NCBI GenBank assembly: GCA_020351775.1
Contig: CP070666.1
Span: 3,418,658 to 3,482,657 of the forward strand
Source: Gemmatimonadota bacterium
GTDB taxonomy: Bacteria > Gemmatimonadota > Gemmatimonadetes > Gemmatimonadales > GWC2-71-9
Direction of reading: 5' to 3'
Length of the DNA stretch: 64,000 nucleotides
The notes under the pieces: generated by a model
What the model saw: the letters and a program-made list of their open reading frames with translations, nothing else
Told to the model about the DNA's origin: nothing
Database searches by the model: none
Position numbers and translations under genes: made by a program
Shown: positions 38,867 through 49,013 of the stretch, in pieces
Numbering within the stretch: the first letter of the stretch is position 1
Layout of the letters: every line of letters starts with the position of its first letter

Positions 38867-40513
38867 ATGCTCTCGAAGGGATCGGACTTGAGGACCTTCA
38901 AGCTGCGCAGCACAACCGGCAATCAAGCAATCGACCTGACCCCAGGAGCGGTTGTGGTCGTCGGTCGCGCGGTGACCAGCGACCTCCCCATCTACGATCC
39001 GACGGTCTCACGCCACCACGCCGAGCTTGCGCTCACCGACGCCGGTGTACATGTGACTGATCTCGGCTCCAGTAACGGAACGTTTGTCAACGGGACGCCG
39101 ATCGACAAGGCGACCGCGGTCAACGGGGATGTGGTCACTTTCGGGCGGGTCGCGTTCAAGGTGGTCGAAGTGACGCCGCCGGCTCAGATGCCCGCCCCAG
39201 ACCTGGCGGCGGTTGCGCCCCCGCCCCCGGAAGCCACCATCGTTCGCCAAGTGGCGGTTCCTGAAGCCGGCGAGATCGAAGCCAAGGTCGTCGCTCGCGC
39301 TGGTAGCGGCTCTCAACTCAAACTCGAGGGCACGTCTGAGGAGGAGCGCCAAGCCAAGAAGCTCACACTCCTATTGGACATCTCACAGGCGCTGTCACGT
39401 CATCAGGACGTCGACAAGCTGCTCAAGAAGGTGGTCGACATCACGTTTCAGGTGATGGAAGTGGATCGGGTGTCGATCTTGATGGTGGAGGGCCAGGCCG
39501 AGGAACTCATCCCGCGGATTTCCAGAAGCCGGTTGGGCGGGGAGGGTGGCAGCCGACACGTGCCGCAGTCAATTGCCCGCCGTGCCGTCTCGGAGCGGCT
39601 GGCCATACTGACTGATAACGCGGCCGCCGATGACCGCTTCCGTGGCAAGTCGATACTGGTTCAGAGCGTGCGCAGCGCCATGTGCGCGCCCCTGTTGGGA
39701 AGTCGCGATAGCGGCGGCGAAGGCAGGGTGCTGGGCTTGATCTACGTTGACAGCCAGACGGCAACGGAGGCCTTCAGCGACGAAGACCTCGAATTCCTGA
39801 TTGCGTTCTCGGGTATTGCCGCAATCGCAATCGAGAACAGTCGGCTATTGGACCGGATCCAGCGTGAGGCCGTGGTGCTCTCCAATTTTCAGCGGTACTT
39901 CGCTCCCAACATCGCGCAGCAGATCGCGGGTCAAGAGGGGGCGGTTCAACTGGGAGGTACCAAGCGGCCGGTCGTGGTCTTCTTCAGCGACATTCGGGGA
40001 TTCACGCCCATGTCTGAGACGATGGGACCGGATGACATCGCGACTCTGCTGAACGAGTACTTCACCGAGATGGTGGAGATCGTGTTTGAGCATGGCGGCA
40101 CGCTCGACAAGTTCATGGGTGATGCGATCATGGCTTTATGGGGCGCGCCCATTTCACACGACGATGATGCGGACCGGGCCATGGCCGCGGCCATCGATAT
40201 GCAGAGTGTGTTGGCAAAGCTGAACGTGAAGTGGGCGGCGGAAGGTCGTCAGCGTGTGGAGATCGGGATCGGGATCGACTACTACGAGGTGTTCGCGGGC
40301 AACATCGGCAGCGATCGCCGTTTGGAGTACACCGTGATAGGAGATGCAGTGAACACTGCGTCTCGCCTCTGTTCGCAGGCGGGTCCCGGTGAGATCATTC
40401 TATCGCGCCGGTTCTATGAGGAGCTGACCAAGCGACCCGCTGTCGAAGAATTGGAAGCACTGGAACTCAAGGGCAAGGCAGAAAAGGTCCCAGTCTATCG
40501 AGTGAAGCGATAG
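38867..40513 (+). CDS. FHA - GAF - class III adenylate/guanylate cyclase
   Basis: FHA domain (VVVGRA...SRHHAEL...DLGSSNGTFVNG). GAF region. Cyclase catalytic domain (VVVFFSDIRGFTPMSE...DKFMGDAIMALWGAP...GDAVNTASRL). Confidence 0.88.
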   Translation: MLSKGSDLRTFKLRSTTGNQAIDLTPGAVVVVGRAVTSDLPIYDPTVSRHHAELALTDAGVHVTDLGSSNGTFVNGTPIDKATAVNGDVVTFGRVAFKVVEVTPPAQMPAPDLAAVAPPPPEATIVRQVAVPEAGEIEAKVVARAGSGSQLKLEGTSEEERQAKKLTLLLDISQALSRHQDVDKLLKKVVDITFQVMEVDRVSILMVEGQAEELIPRISRSRLGGEGGSRHVPQSIARRAVSERLAILTDNAAADDRFRGKSILVQSVRSAMCAPLLGSRDSGGEGRVLGLIYVDSQTATEAFSDEDLEFLIAFSGIAAIAIENSRLLDRIQREAVVLSNFQRYFAPNIAQQIAGQEGAVQLGGTKRPVVVFFSDIRGFTPMSETMGPDDIATLLNEYFTEMVEIVFEHGGTLDKFMGDAIMALWGAPISHDDDADRAMAAAIDMQSVLAKLNVKWAAEGRQRVEIGIGIDYYEVFAGNIGSDRRLEYTVIGDAVNTASRLCSQAGPGEIILSRRFYEELTKRPAVEELEALELKGKAEKVPVYRVKR

Positions 40514-41067
40514 GGCAGCCCTGCCGCATCCAGCAGAGATATCACCAGACGAATCGGCAATCCCATCACCCCGAAGAAGTCACCCTCAATGCGGCGCACC
40601 AACACCGCGCCGCGACCCTGGACAGCGTAGCTACCCGCCTTATCGAGCGGCTCGCCCGTCGCAACGTACTCCTTGATGAACTCCTCATCAAACGATCTGA
40701 ACCACACTTTGGTCACATCGCACAGTTCCCGCGTCTCGCCACCCCGTGCCAGCGCCACTGCGGTAACGACTCGGTGCTGCCGCCCAGACAACATCCCCAG
40801 CATCCGGGCAGCTTCAACGTCCGAGCTGGGTTTTCCCAAGATGATGCCGTCGATCACCACCAGGGTGTCCGCCGCCAGAACGGGCACACCTGAGTGACGC
40901 TGCGCTACTTTGACCGCCTTTGCCCGCGCCAGCCGCACTGCGAGCGCCTCGGGTAGCTCTCCCAGCTCGGGGCGTTCATCTATCTCGGCCGGATCGACTT
41001 CATACTCGATGCCCAGCATATCCAACAGCTGCTGGCGTCGAGGTGACGCGGAGGCGAGGACTATCAT
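40495..41067 (-). CDS. maf: Maf-like nucleoside triphosphate pyrophosphatase
   Basis: MIVLASASPRRQQLL...AADTLV...AGSYAVQG. Its 3' end overlaps the convergent cyclase gene by 19 nt. Confidence 0.9.
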   Translation of the reverse strand: MIVLASASPRRQQLLDMLGIEYEVDPAEIDERPELGELPEALAVRLARAKAVKVAQRHSGVPVLAADTLVVIDGIILGKPSSDVEAARMLGMLSGRQHRVVTAVALARGGETRELCDVTKVWFRSFDEEFIKEYVATGEPLDKAGSYAVQGRGAVLVRRIEGDFFGVMGLPIRLVISLLDAAGLPYRFTR

Positions 41068-41501
41068 CTGTCCAGAATCAACGTGACCGGACCATCATTG
41101 ACCGCATCAACCTGCATCACCGCTCCGAACTCGCCCGTTGCCACCGGAACGTCGCGCCTCTTGAGCGCGGTCACGAATCGTTCGTAGTTGACGGCAGCCT
41201 CCTCCGGTGGCGCTGCCCCGACGAACGAGGGCCTCCGCCCCTTGCGTGCATCGCCATACAGGGTGAACTGGGAGACCACGAGCACTGCACCATCAACGTC
41301 GCGCAAGTCCAGATTCATGCGGCCTTCCTCGTCCGAGAACACCCTAAGCCCCACGACCTTGTCAGCCATCCAGCTAATCACAGCATCATCGTCACCCGGT
41401 TCAAATCCGACGAACAGGAGGAAACCTCGCTGAATGGAACCCACAATCCGCCCGCTCACGGCTACCGAGGCCCGCGAGACGCGTTGCACCACTACCCTCA
41501 T
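41064..41501 (-). CDS. dtd: D-aminoacyl-tRNA deacylase
   Basis: MRVVVQRV...LLFVGFE...SQFTLYGD..KGRRPSF...NDGPVT. Confidence 0.93.
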   Translation of the reverse strand: MRVVVQRVSRASVAVSGRIVGSIQRGFLLFVGFEPGDDDAVISWMADKVVGLRVFSDEEGRMNLDLRDVDGAVLVVSQFTLYGDARKGRRPSFVGAAPPEEAAVNYERFVTALKRRDVPVATGEFGAVMQVDAVNDGPVTLILDR

Positions 41502-41535
41502 CTGCCTGACTCCCTCAGCTTACCCTCACGCGTCG

Positions 41536-42020
41536 TCATTCCACCGTCACGCATTTGGCAAGGTTGCGCGGCCGGTCCATGTCACAGCCACGTCGCACTG
41601 CTACGTTGTAGGCAAACAGTTGCAGTGGCAGCACGCTCAGCACGGAGGTCAGGGGATGCATTGCGTCCGGTATCTTGAACACATGGTCAGTCAAACGGGC
41701 CATCTGGTCATCACCCTCCGTCACCACGGCGAGGACCCGTCCGCCTCGTGCCTCAACTTGCTCGAGATTGGATAAGATCTTGGAATGGACCCCGTCCTGG
41801 CGCGCTACGAAGACGACAGGCATCATTTCGTCGACCTAGGCAAGGGGACCATGCTTCATCTCCGCAGCCGGATACCCTTCGGCATGGATGTGGTAGATCT
41901 CTTTCAGCTTGAGTGGGCAAGACCTGCCGAGTCGTAGCCCCGGTGCTTGAGACGCTGCAAGCCTTCGAGTACCACCGACACGGCTTCACGATATCCTACG
42001 TATCCGACCACGCCACACAA
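41536..42020 (-). pseudogene. glmS: glutamine-fructose-6-phosphate aminotransferase remnant (internal ~1.3 kb missing, frameshift, in-frame TAG)
   Basis: The TTG-Cys start ([34 protein letters not shown]) lies 9 nt after a GGAGA immediately downstream of the glmM stop. Near 41913 the homology jumps to another frame: [39 protein letters not shown]...RPRNLAKCVTVE (GlmS C-terminus). Confidence 0.8.
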
Positions 42021-42034
42021 GATGGCATGTCTCC

Positions 42035-43384
42035 TCAGCTACTCATATACTCCTTCGCGGCACTCACCAACGTGTCTGCAGCTTCGCTGGTCGGTGCCTC
42101 GGCGATCAACCGCACTATCGGCTCGGTTCCGGACGGTCGAACGTGGAGCCAGGAATCGCCCCAAGCAAGGCGGAGTCCATCTTGCCGATCGACTGTGGCA
42201 TCCGAGAATCGCTGCTGCAGCGACTGATAGATCCCCTCCATGGATCCCTGTCGCCCTACCTTCGCCTTCACTATCGCGTATCGTGGTGCTGCCCGCACCA
42301 ACTCGGCCACTGAACGTCCGGTCCGCGCCATCAGGCTCAGCACCAACCCGGCCGCAACCGGCGCATCGCGTCCCAGATGCAAGTCGGGTAGCATCACTCC
42401 CCCATTCCCTTCACCACCGATCACAGCACCGACTTGTTGCATCAATGCTGCGACGTTGGCCTCCCCTACCGGTGCACGCCGAACCACCGCACCGTAATCC
42501 CGCGCAGCGTCTTCGACCACCAGCGACGTGGATAGGTTGGTTACGACCACACCGGTACGTCGCGCTAGGACCTCGCGGACTGCAAACGCCAGCGTGTAAT
42601 CCTCGCCGATCGGTGTCCCGGTCTCATCCACGACAGCGAGCCGGTCTACATCTGGATCGACGGCGATCCCCACATCTGCCTCTGCGCGCCTCACCAACTC
42701 TCCAAGTCCCGACAGGTTCTCAGGCACCGGTTCAGGCAGCCGCGGAAACATGCCGTCAGGTTCCAAATCCATCCCCATCGTGCGACAAGCCAGCCGGTCG
42801 AGTAGCTGGGGCATGATATTCCCGCCGGCACCCCGCACGCAATCCAATGCCACGGTGAAGCGCCGTCGCCGGATTGCCGTAACGTCGATCAGATCCAACC
42901 CCATGACCGCGTCAAGATGACGTTCGACGGCAGCCTCGTCCTCCACCGCATCGCCAGGAAAGGCCGCAGTTTCAGGGGCAGGATTAGCCGCTAACTCGAA
43001 CAGCCGGCCGGCCGTCTTTCGGCTCAAGAAGAGACCATCCGGACCCACGAACTTCAAGGCATTCCACTCTACTGGATTGTGGCTTGCCGTGATCACGATC
43101 CCACCCGCCGCACCATGATGCTCGACTGCGAGTTGTGCGGTCGGGGTTGGTATCAGACCGCAGTCGATGACCGAGACACCGACCGACTGCAAGGCCGATC
43201 CCACGACGTCCGCGAACATCGGGCCTGATGCCCGGGCATCCCGGGCCAGAACAGCCGTCCGGCCACCCGATTCACGGATCAAGGCTCCGAACGCCGTGGC
43301 ATACCGCTCCGCGACTTCAGGCGTGAGGCTCGTGCCCACAATCCCCCGCACACCCGACACACTGACAATTAGGGCATCACTCAT
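42035..43384 (-). CDS. glmM: phosphoglucosamine mutase
   Basis: VSVSGVRG, active-site [14 protein letters not shown], and DPDVDR metal loop. The frame is open from 43399. Confidence 0.93.
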   Translation of the reverse strand: MSDALIVSVSGVRGIVGTSLTPEVAERYATAFGALIRESGGRTAVLARDARASGPMFADVVGSALQSVGVSVIDCGLIPTPTAQLAVEHHGAAGGIVITASHNPVEWNALKFVGPDGLFLSRKTAGRLFELAANPAPETAAFPGDAVEDEAAVERHLDAVMGLDLIDVTAIRRRRFTVALDCVRGAGGNIMPQLLDRLACRTMGMDLEPDGMFPRLPEPVPENLSGLGELVRRAEADVGIAVDPDVDRLAVVDETGTPIGEDYTLAFAVREVLARRTGVVVTNLSTSLVVEDAARDYGAVVRRAPVGEANVAALMQQVGAVIGGEGNGGVMLPDLHLGRDAPVAAGLVLSLMARTGRSVAELVRAAPRYAIVKAKVGRQGSMEGIYQSLQQRFSDATVDRQDGLRLAWGDSWLHVRPSGTEPIVRLIAEAPTSEAADTLVSAAKEYMSS

Positions 43385-43416
43385 CTGGCAGCAGACCACA
43401 GTTGCAGGTGTATTGT

Positions 43417-44508
43417 CTAACCCGGTGCGACCTCAGTGGTGGCCACGCCGTCGGGTAGCGAGCGGCGGACTTTGCGAGGTGTGCGTATGGGTAAGTCTTC
43501 CCAATCCGGATAGGCTTGCAAGAAAGCGGCCACCGCATCGGGGTCAAACTGAGTGCCGCGGCAACGGTGCAGCTCGGCAATGGCCTCCTGCGCGTCGAGC
43601 GCGGGCCGGTAAGGCCGGGCCGAAGTCATGGCATCAAAGGAATCCGCCACCGTCACAACACGCGTGTGAATCGGGATGGCATCACCTTTGAGGCCATCGG
43701 GCAGACCTGCCCCGTCCAGTCTCTCATGGTGCGATCGAACCACCGACAGAATCTCCGGGAACCTCTTGAGCAACGGATCGAGGATCCGCGCCCCAATGAC
43801 GGTATGCTCCATCAGGTGTTCGTACTCGTGCGGTTCCAGCTTGCCTGGCTTCATGAGAACCGATTCGTGCACACCTATCTTGCCGACATCATGGAGCTCG
43901 GCTCCAAGCGCTGTCAATCTGATATCCCTCTCGTTCAGACTCAGCTGATCCGCAATCCCACTGGAGTACACCGCCACACGCGACGAATGCCCGCTGGTGT
44001 ACGCGTCCTTGGCCTCGAGCGCTTCGACTAATGTCTGAACACCTTCCAGGTATAGCTCTTCGATCATCTGCGCCTGCTGCTGCACCTTCTCCGCCAGGTG
44101 CTCCTGATAGTCGCGGTTCTCCAAGATCAGCCTTCGCTTGTCCAGGGCCTGATCGGCACGCGCACTGACTTCTTCGATCTGGAATGGTTTGAGGATGTAA
44201 TCCAAAGCCCCCAGCTTGAGACATGCCACCGCGACATCGACCTCAGTCACTGCGGTAACCATCACGACCGCGATGTCGGGCCACTTCTCCCGGATACGAC
44301 GCAGCAGCGTGAAGCCGTCCATCTCTGGCATGCGGATGTCTGAAACCACCAGGGGAACGCCGCCCCCTTGATCCAGCACCTCGAGCGCTACTCTACCAGA
44401 CGGGGCAACCAGAACCTCGTAACCGGACGATTCCAGCACGCGGCGCAGAGCGTCGCGTAGCTGTGGGTCGTCGTCGACCACGAGACACTTGAGCGGTTCT
44501 TGCAACAC
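43417..44508 (-). CDS. response regulator with HD-GYP phosphodiesterase output domain
   Basis: REC domain (CLVVDDD...SDIRMPEMDG...KP) followed by HSSRV...LHDVGK...HHERLDGAGLPDGL (HD-GYP). Confidence 0.88.
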   Translation of the reverse strand: MLQEPLKCLVVDDDPQLRDALRRVLESSGYEVLVAPSGRVALEVLDQGGGVPLVVSDIRMPEMDGFTLLRRIREKWPDIAVVMVTAVTEVDVAVACLKLGALDYILKPFQIEEVSARADQALDKRRLILENRDYQEHLAEKVQQQAQMIEELYLEGVQTLVEALEAKDAYTSGHSSRVAVYSSGIADQLSLNERDIRLTALGAELHDVGKIGVHESVLMKPGKLEPHEYEHLMEHTVIGARILDPLLKRFPEILSVVRSHHERLDGAGLPDGLKGDAIPIHTRVVTVADSFDAMTSARPYRPALDAQEAIAELHRCRGTQFDPDAVAAFLQAYPDWEDLPIRTPRKVRRSLPDGVATTEVAPG

Positions 44509-44607
44509 GAGTGCTAACGTACTCTGACGGGGTCGTTAAGACAATCGCTTGCCCGAGACGCCGCGCGTAAGTTACGTTCCCGCACGAGATTCTTGCGCTG
44601 GAATGCC

Positions 44608-45780
44608 ATGACACGCGTACTTCCAGAAGACCTGGACCACGGTTTTGCCACCCGTGCGGTACATGCCGGCCAGCGGCCGGATGAGGCTACCGGGGCAATC
44701 ATGACGCCGGTATACCAAACGTCGACTTACGTGCAGACGGGACTGGGGGAACACAAGGGGTTCGAATACGCCCGCACCCGCAATCCGACCCGGGACGCTC
44801 TCGAACGGAACCTGGCTGCGTTGGAGGGCGCTTCACATGGGTTCGCGTTCGCATCGGGTCTGGCAGCCACGGACGCCGTCCTGAAGCTGTTGCAGGCTGG
44901 TGACCACGTCATCTGCGGGGAGAACGTCTACGGTGGCACCCATCGTATCATGACCCAGGTATTCGAGCTCATGGGCCTGAAATTCACATTCGCGGATACT
45001 CGCAAGGTGGAGAATATCGAGGCCGCTATCACAACCACGACACGGATGATCCTGGTTGAGACGCCGACCAACCCCATGATGCACCTGACGGACCTGGCTG
45101 CCGTGGCCGCTCTGGCGCGGCACCATGATCTGGTGCTCGTGGTCGACAACACCTTTGCGACCCCATGTTTTCAGAGGCCGATCGAACTGGGCGCCGAGGT
45201 TGTGATTCACTCCACAACCAAATACATAAACGGGCACAGCGACATGGTGGGTGGGGCTGTGCTCACGACGCGTGACGATCTCGCCCAACGTCTGCAGTTC
45301 ATTCAGAACTCGACCGGCGCCGTGCCCGGCCCGTTGGACTGTTGGCTCACGCTGCGCGGTATAAAGACACTACCGATCAGGATGCGCCAGCACGACGCGG
45401 CCGGGCGGGCCCTGGCAGCTTGGCTGTCAGAGCACCGCGCGGTTCGACAGGTATACTACCCTGGCCTACCCAGCCACGAGCAGCACGATCTGGCTTGCCG
45501 ACAGATGGCGGGATTCGGCGGCATGATCTCCATTGAGCTGGGGTCGCTGGCGAGGGCCCGCGCTGTAGTGCAGGGCACGAGGATCTTCGCGCTAGCCGAA
45601 TCGTTGGGAGGGGTGGAGAGCCTGATCGGCCACCCGGCATCCATGACACATGACTCGGTACCGCGGGAAATGAGAGAGGCAATGGGCTTGACCGATGGCC
45701 TGGTCAGACTCTCGGTAGGGATCGAGGATATCGAAGACCTGATAGATGATCTTGAGCAGGCTCTGGCGGCGTCCGGATAG
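44608..45780 (+). CDS. Cys/Met-metabolism PLP enzyme (cystathionine gamma-synthase/gamma-lyase family)
   Basis: TRAVHAG, YARTRNPT, and PLP-lysine region STTKYINGHSD. The exact specificity cannot be read from sequence alone. Confidence 0.85.
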   Translation: MTRVLPEDLDHGFATRAVHAGQRPDEATGAIMTPVYQTSTYVQTGLGEHKGFEYARTRNPTRDALERNLAALEGASHGFAFASGLAATDAVLKLLQAGDHVICGENVYGGTHRIMTQVFELMGLKFTFADTRKVENIEAAITTTTRMILVETPTNPMMHLTDLAAVAALARHHDLVLVVDNTFATPCFQRPIELGAEVVIHSTTKYINGHSDMVGGAVLTTRDDLAQRLQFIQNSTGAVPGPLDCWLTLRGIKTLPIRMRQHDAAGRALAAWLSEHRAVRQVYYPGLPSHEQHDLACRQMAGFGGMISIELGSLARARAVVQGTRIFALAESLGGVESLIGHPASMTHDSVPREMREAMGLTDGLVRLSVGIEDIEDLIDDLEQALAASG

Positions 45781-45877
45781 CTCGAGGTCTCAGTGTGAAA
45801 CCCCGTAGTCTGGCAAGCGTACGGATTAGCAGCGAGGTGGGTCCCCGTGCAGCAACCTCAGCGATTGGGAGGCAGCA

Positions 45878-46885
45878 ATGACTGAAGACACAGGCGTTCC
45901 GGCCGAGCGCTCGCGAGTCATCCTTACGAATATCTCGGCCACGTCCTGGGAACATCCGGCCGACAGGGCGGCACTGCAGACATTACGTGCCATTCCCGGT
46001 TTTGATGAGGTAGTCAAACGCATCTTCGGCTTCTTCGGAGAAAGAGGCATTCGCCTCCTGTTTCAGGCGAACGCGGTGCGAGTCGGCCCTCGGCAGTTCT
46101 CCACGCTGCACGGGCTCATGACCGAGGTCACGACGACCATGGACTGGCCCGAACAGCCGGAGTTGTACGTGACGCAGACCCCGTTCGTCAATGCGGGAGC
46201 GGTCGGGATGGACCATCCGTTCATCACTCTGAACTCTGGGGCAGTCAACTTGCTCGACGAGGACGAACTGCGCGTGTTGCTGGGCCACGAGCTGGGCCAC
46301 GTAATGAGCGGACACTCGCTCTATCGGACGGTCCTCTTCATTCTCCTGCTGTTCGGCTTCAACAACCTGCCCTTCTTGGCAGGTGTGGCACTACTGCCGA
46401 TACAGCTGGCCCTCCTGGAATGGTCACGCAAGGCAGAACTATCATCAGACCGGGCCGGTCTGTTGGCCACGCAAGATCCGGTCTCCTCGATGCGGGTCTT
46501 CCTCAAGCTGGCCGGCGGCGGCGCTGCAGCGGACACGGACCTGGACGCGTTCATGGAACAGGCACGCGAGTACGACACCCTGGGCGGCCCAATGGACAAG
46601 GTGTACAAGATCCTCAACACTTTGAGCCTCACGCACCCATTCAACACACTGCGAGCTGCGGAGCTTCAGAAGTGGATCTCCGACGGCGCCTACGACAGGA
46701 TCGTGCAGGGTGAGTACACACACCGCGGTGAGGAGGAACAGAGGCGCTCGGTAATCGAGGATGTTGGTGAGGCAGCAACTCACTACGCCAGGAGTGCCAA
46801 GGAAACCGTGGGTGACGTGGCAGATGCGGTGAAGCGCGCCGCTCAGGCCTTTTCCGACGCATTCAGGGATCGCGACAAGACGTGA
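45878..46885 (+). CDS. M48-family zinc metallopeptidase (HtpX-like)
   Basis: HELGHVMSGH zinc motif, two TM helices after it, and a downstream E...D...THP region. Confidence 0.85.
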   Translation: MTEDTGVPAERSRVILTNISATSWEHPADRAALQTLRAIPGFDEVVKRIFGFFGERGIRLLFQANAVRVGPRQFSTLHGLMTEVTTTMDWPEQPELYVTQTPFVNAGAVGMDHPFITLNSGAVNLLDEDELRVLLGHELGHVMSGHSLYRTVLFILLLFGFNNLPFLAGVALLPIQLALLEWSRKAELSSDRAGLLATQDPVSSMRVFLKLAGGGAAADTDLDAFMEQAREYDTLGGPMDKVYKILNTLSLTHPFNTLRAAELQKWISDGAYDRIVQGEYTHRGEEEQRRSVIEDVGEAATHYARSAKETVGDVADAVKRAAQAFSDAFRDRDKT

Positions 46886-48159
46886 GGTTAATGGTCATCG
46901 GGGGAGGAGGCCGGGAACACACTCTGTGCTGGGCTCTCTCCCCCTCAGCCACGGTCTTCTGTGCGCCGGGTAATCCGGGCACTGAGGAGATCGGCACCAA
47001 TCTGCCGCTCGATCCCGGTGACCATGAGGCCGTCATCTCCGCAGTTGCAGAGCACCACATCGATTTGGTGGTGATCGGCCCCGAGGCACCGCTCGCTCAG
47101 GGTCTAGTGGACCGTTTGGCCGCGAGTGGCCATTGCGCGTTTGGCCCCACCGCCGCCGCTGCTCGCCTCGAATCGTCCAAGGCTTTCGCCAAGCAGGTCA
47201 TGGTATCGGCTGGAGTAGCGACAGCGGCCAGCGAGACGTTCACCGAACCAAACAAGGCTCTCGATTACATCGCCTCGCACCCCGAGCCGCTGGTAGTCAA
47301 GGCCTCCGGCCTTGCCGCTGGCAAGGGCGCAATCGTGTGCCGCACGCGCGCCGAGGCGAGCACCGCTGCGCGTGAGATGCTGGGCGGCAAGTTCGGCAGT
47401 GCCGGTGAGCTGGTACTGGTCGAGGAGTTCTTGGAGGGTGAGGAGCTCTCGGTACTGGCGTTGACGGACGGCGAACGAGCCATGCTGCTCCCTCCATCCC
47501 AGGACCACAAACGCATCGGCGAGGGAGACACGGGGCCGAACACCGGCGGAATGGGTGCCTACGCTCCAGTATCGATCGCTGGGCCCGATCTGCTGGGTCG
47601 CGTGCTCAATGACGTGATCAGGCCGGTTCTCCGTAACATGGCAACCGATGGCACTCCGTATCGCGGCGTGCTCTATGCGGGCCTCATGATTGACTCGGAT
47701 GGTGATCCGCGGGTGTTGGAATTCAACTGCAGATTCGGCGACCCCGAGGCTCAGGTAGTGCTCCCGCTTCTGGAGACCGACTTGACGGACCACATCTGGC
47801 GTATCGCGGCAGACGAAGACTGGAAACCGGAGGATCTCAGCACCGCGCAGAGCGGCGCAGCAGTCACGACGGTGTTGGCGTCACCGGGATACCCGGAGGC
47901 ACCCGTCAAAGGGGCAGCCATCGGCATTCCTGAGGAGCTACCAGCCCGTACGCTCCTGTTTCACGCCGGAACGGCGCGGGATGACCAAGGCGTGCTGCGG
48001 ACTGCTGGCGGCAGGGTTCTTTGCGCCACCGGCCTCGGCACTAGTGTCACGGAAGCTTTGGCCCGGAGCCGCGAGCTGGCCGATGCGGTCCAGTTTGAGG
48101 GCAAGGTCTTTCGCAGAGACATAGCCTGGCGCGAGGTTGCGCGTGCCGGAGCTGCCTGA
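46882..48159 (+). CDS. purD: phosphoribosylamine-glycine ligase
   Basis: MVIGGGGREH, ATP-grasp motifs, GPNTGGMGAY and EFNCRFGDPE. GTGA overlap with the upstream gene. Confidence 0.95.
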   Translation: MRLMVIGGGGREHTLCWALSPSATVFCAPGNPGTEEIGTNLPLDPGDHEAVISAVAEHHIDLVVIGPEAPLAQGLVDRLAASGHCAFGPTAAAARLESSKAFAKQVMVSAGVATAASETFTEPNKALDYIASHPEPLVVKASGLAAGKGAIVCRTRAEASTAAREMLGGKFGSAGELVLVEEFLEGEELSVLALTDGERAMLLPPSQDHKRIGEGDTGPNTGGMGAYAPVSIAGPDLLGRVLNDVIRPVLRNMATDGTPYRGVLYAGLMIDSDGDPRVLEFNCRFGDPEAQVVLPLLETDLTDHIWRIAADEDWKPEDLSTAQSGAAVTTVLASPGYPEAPVKGAAIGIPEELPARTLLFHAGTARDDQGVLRTAGGRVLCATGLGTSVTEALARSRELADAVQFEGKVFRRDIAWREVARAGAA

Positions 48160-48979
48160 GGTAGAAACCATCGTCCGCGACCTTGCTCCGCAGCTGGAAG
48201 GCCGCAAGTTCCACAACCCCCGCCTCCTCAAGTCGGATGTACTTCGCAAGGTCAGCCGGGAGCGACTGCTGGATTCTCTCCGGGGTAGACGCATCCTATC
48301 AGTGCGGCGGCGTGCCAAGCACGTCGTGTTCCTGCTGGACGGCGGTCTCCGCTTGGTTATCCAGCCCCGCATGACCGGCGTTTTCACCATCTGCCGTCAG
48401 AGACTGACCCAGCAGGAGCGCCGGTATGCAGTACTGCTCGTGAGCATAGGAGACGGCGCTACCTTCGTGTATCGTGATGTTCGTCGGCTCGGCACGATCT
48501 GGCTGTTGAACGAGCGACAGTGGCAGACCTATACTGCTGGCATCGGCCCAGAGCCTCTGGATGACGGTTTTGATCTGGATCAGTTCGTCGCACAGATCGG
48601 CGGCAGCCGTCAGGCTATCAAGAAAGTACTGATGGATCAGAGGCGCCTGGCCGGTGTTGGGAACATCTATGCCAATGAAGCGCTGTTTCGAGCCCGAGTA
48701 GATCCTTCTCGAGCCACGCAGCGCTTGAGCCGCTCTGAGGCGGGCCGCATCCACCGGGAGGTACGCGCAGTCTTAAGCGCGGCGATTGCCGCCAGCGGCA
48801 CGACCGTGCGCGACTACAGGACGGGGACCGGCCAGAGTGGCTCGTTCCAGTTCCAGCTCCGGGCCTACGGCCGTGGTGGTGAGCCCTGTCCGCGGTGCAG
48901 AACCAGGCTGGTCACCACGCACGCCATCGACGGCCGGGCAACGACTTTCTGTTGGCGCTGCCAACGCGGGCGCCAATAG
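48143..48979 (+). CDS. mutM: formamidopyrimidine-DNA glycosylase
   Basis: The GTG start gives (M)PELPEVE with the catalytic N-terminal Pro. H2TH region and C-terminal zinc finger CPRCRT...FCWRCQ. Overlaps the purD end by 17 nt. Confidence 0.92.
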   Translation: MPELPEVETIVRDLAPQLEGRKFHNPRLLKSDVLRKVSRERLLDSLRGRRILSVRRRAKHVVFLLDGGLRLVIQPRMTGVFTICRQRLTQQERRYAVLLVSIGDGATFVYRDVRRLGTIWLLNERQWQTYTAGIGPEPLDDGFDLDQFVAQIGGSRQAIKKVLMDQRRLAGVGNIYANEALFRARVDPSRATQRLSRSEAGRIHREVRAVLSAAIAASGTTVRDYRTGTGQSGSFQFQLRAYGRGGEPCPRCRTRLVTTHAIDGRATTFCWRCQRGRQ

Positions 48980-49013
48980 TCTTCATTCGTCCCTAGCTGA
49001 GGAGTTGCAGTTT

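Noticed and set aside
42021-42034. A glmS ribozyme upstream of the glmS remnant.
   Set aside because: Only 14 nt separate the glmM stop from the glmS TTG start, leaving no room for the ~170-nt ribozyme.
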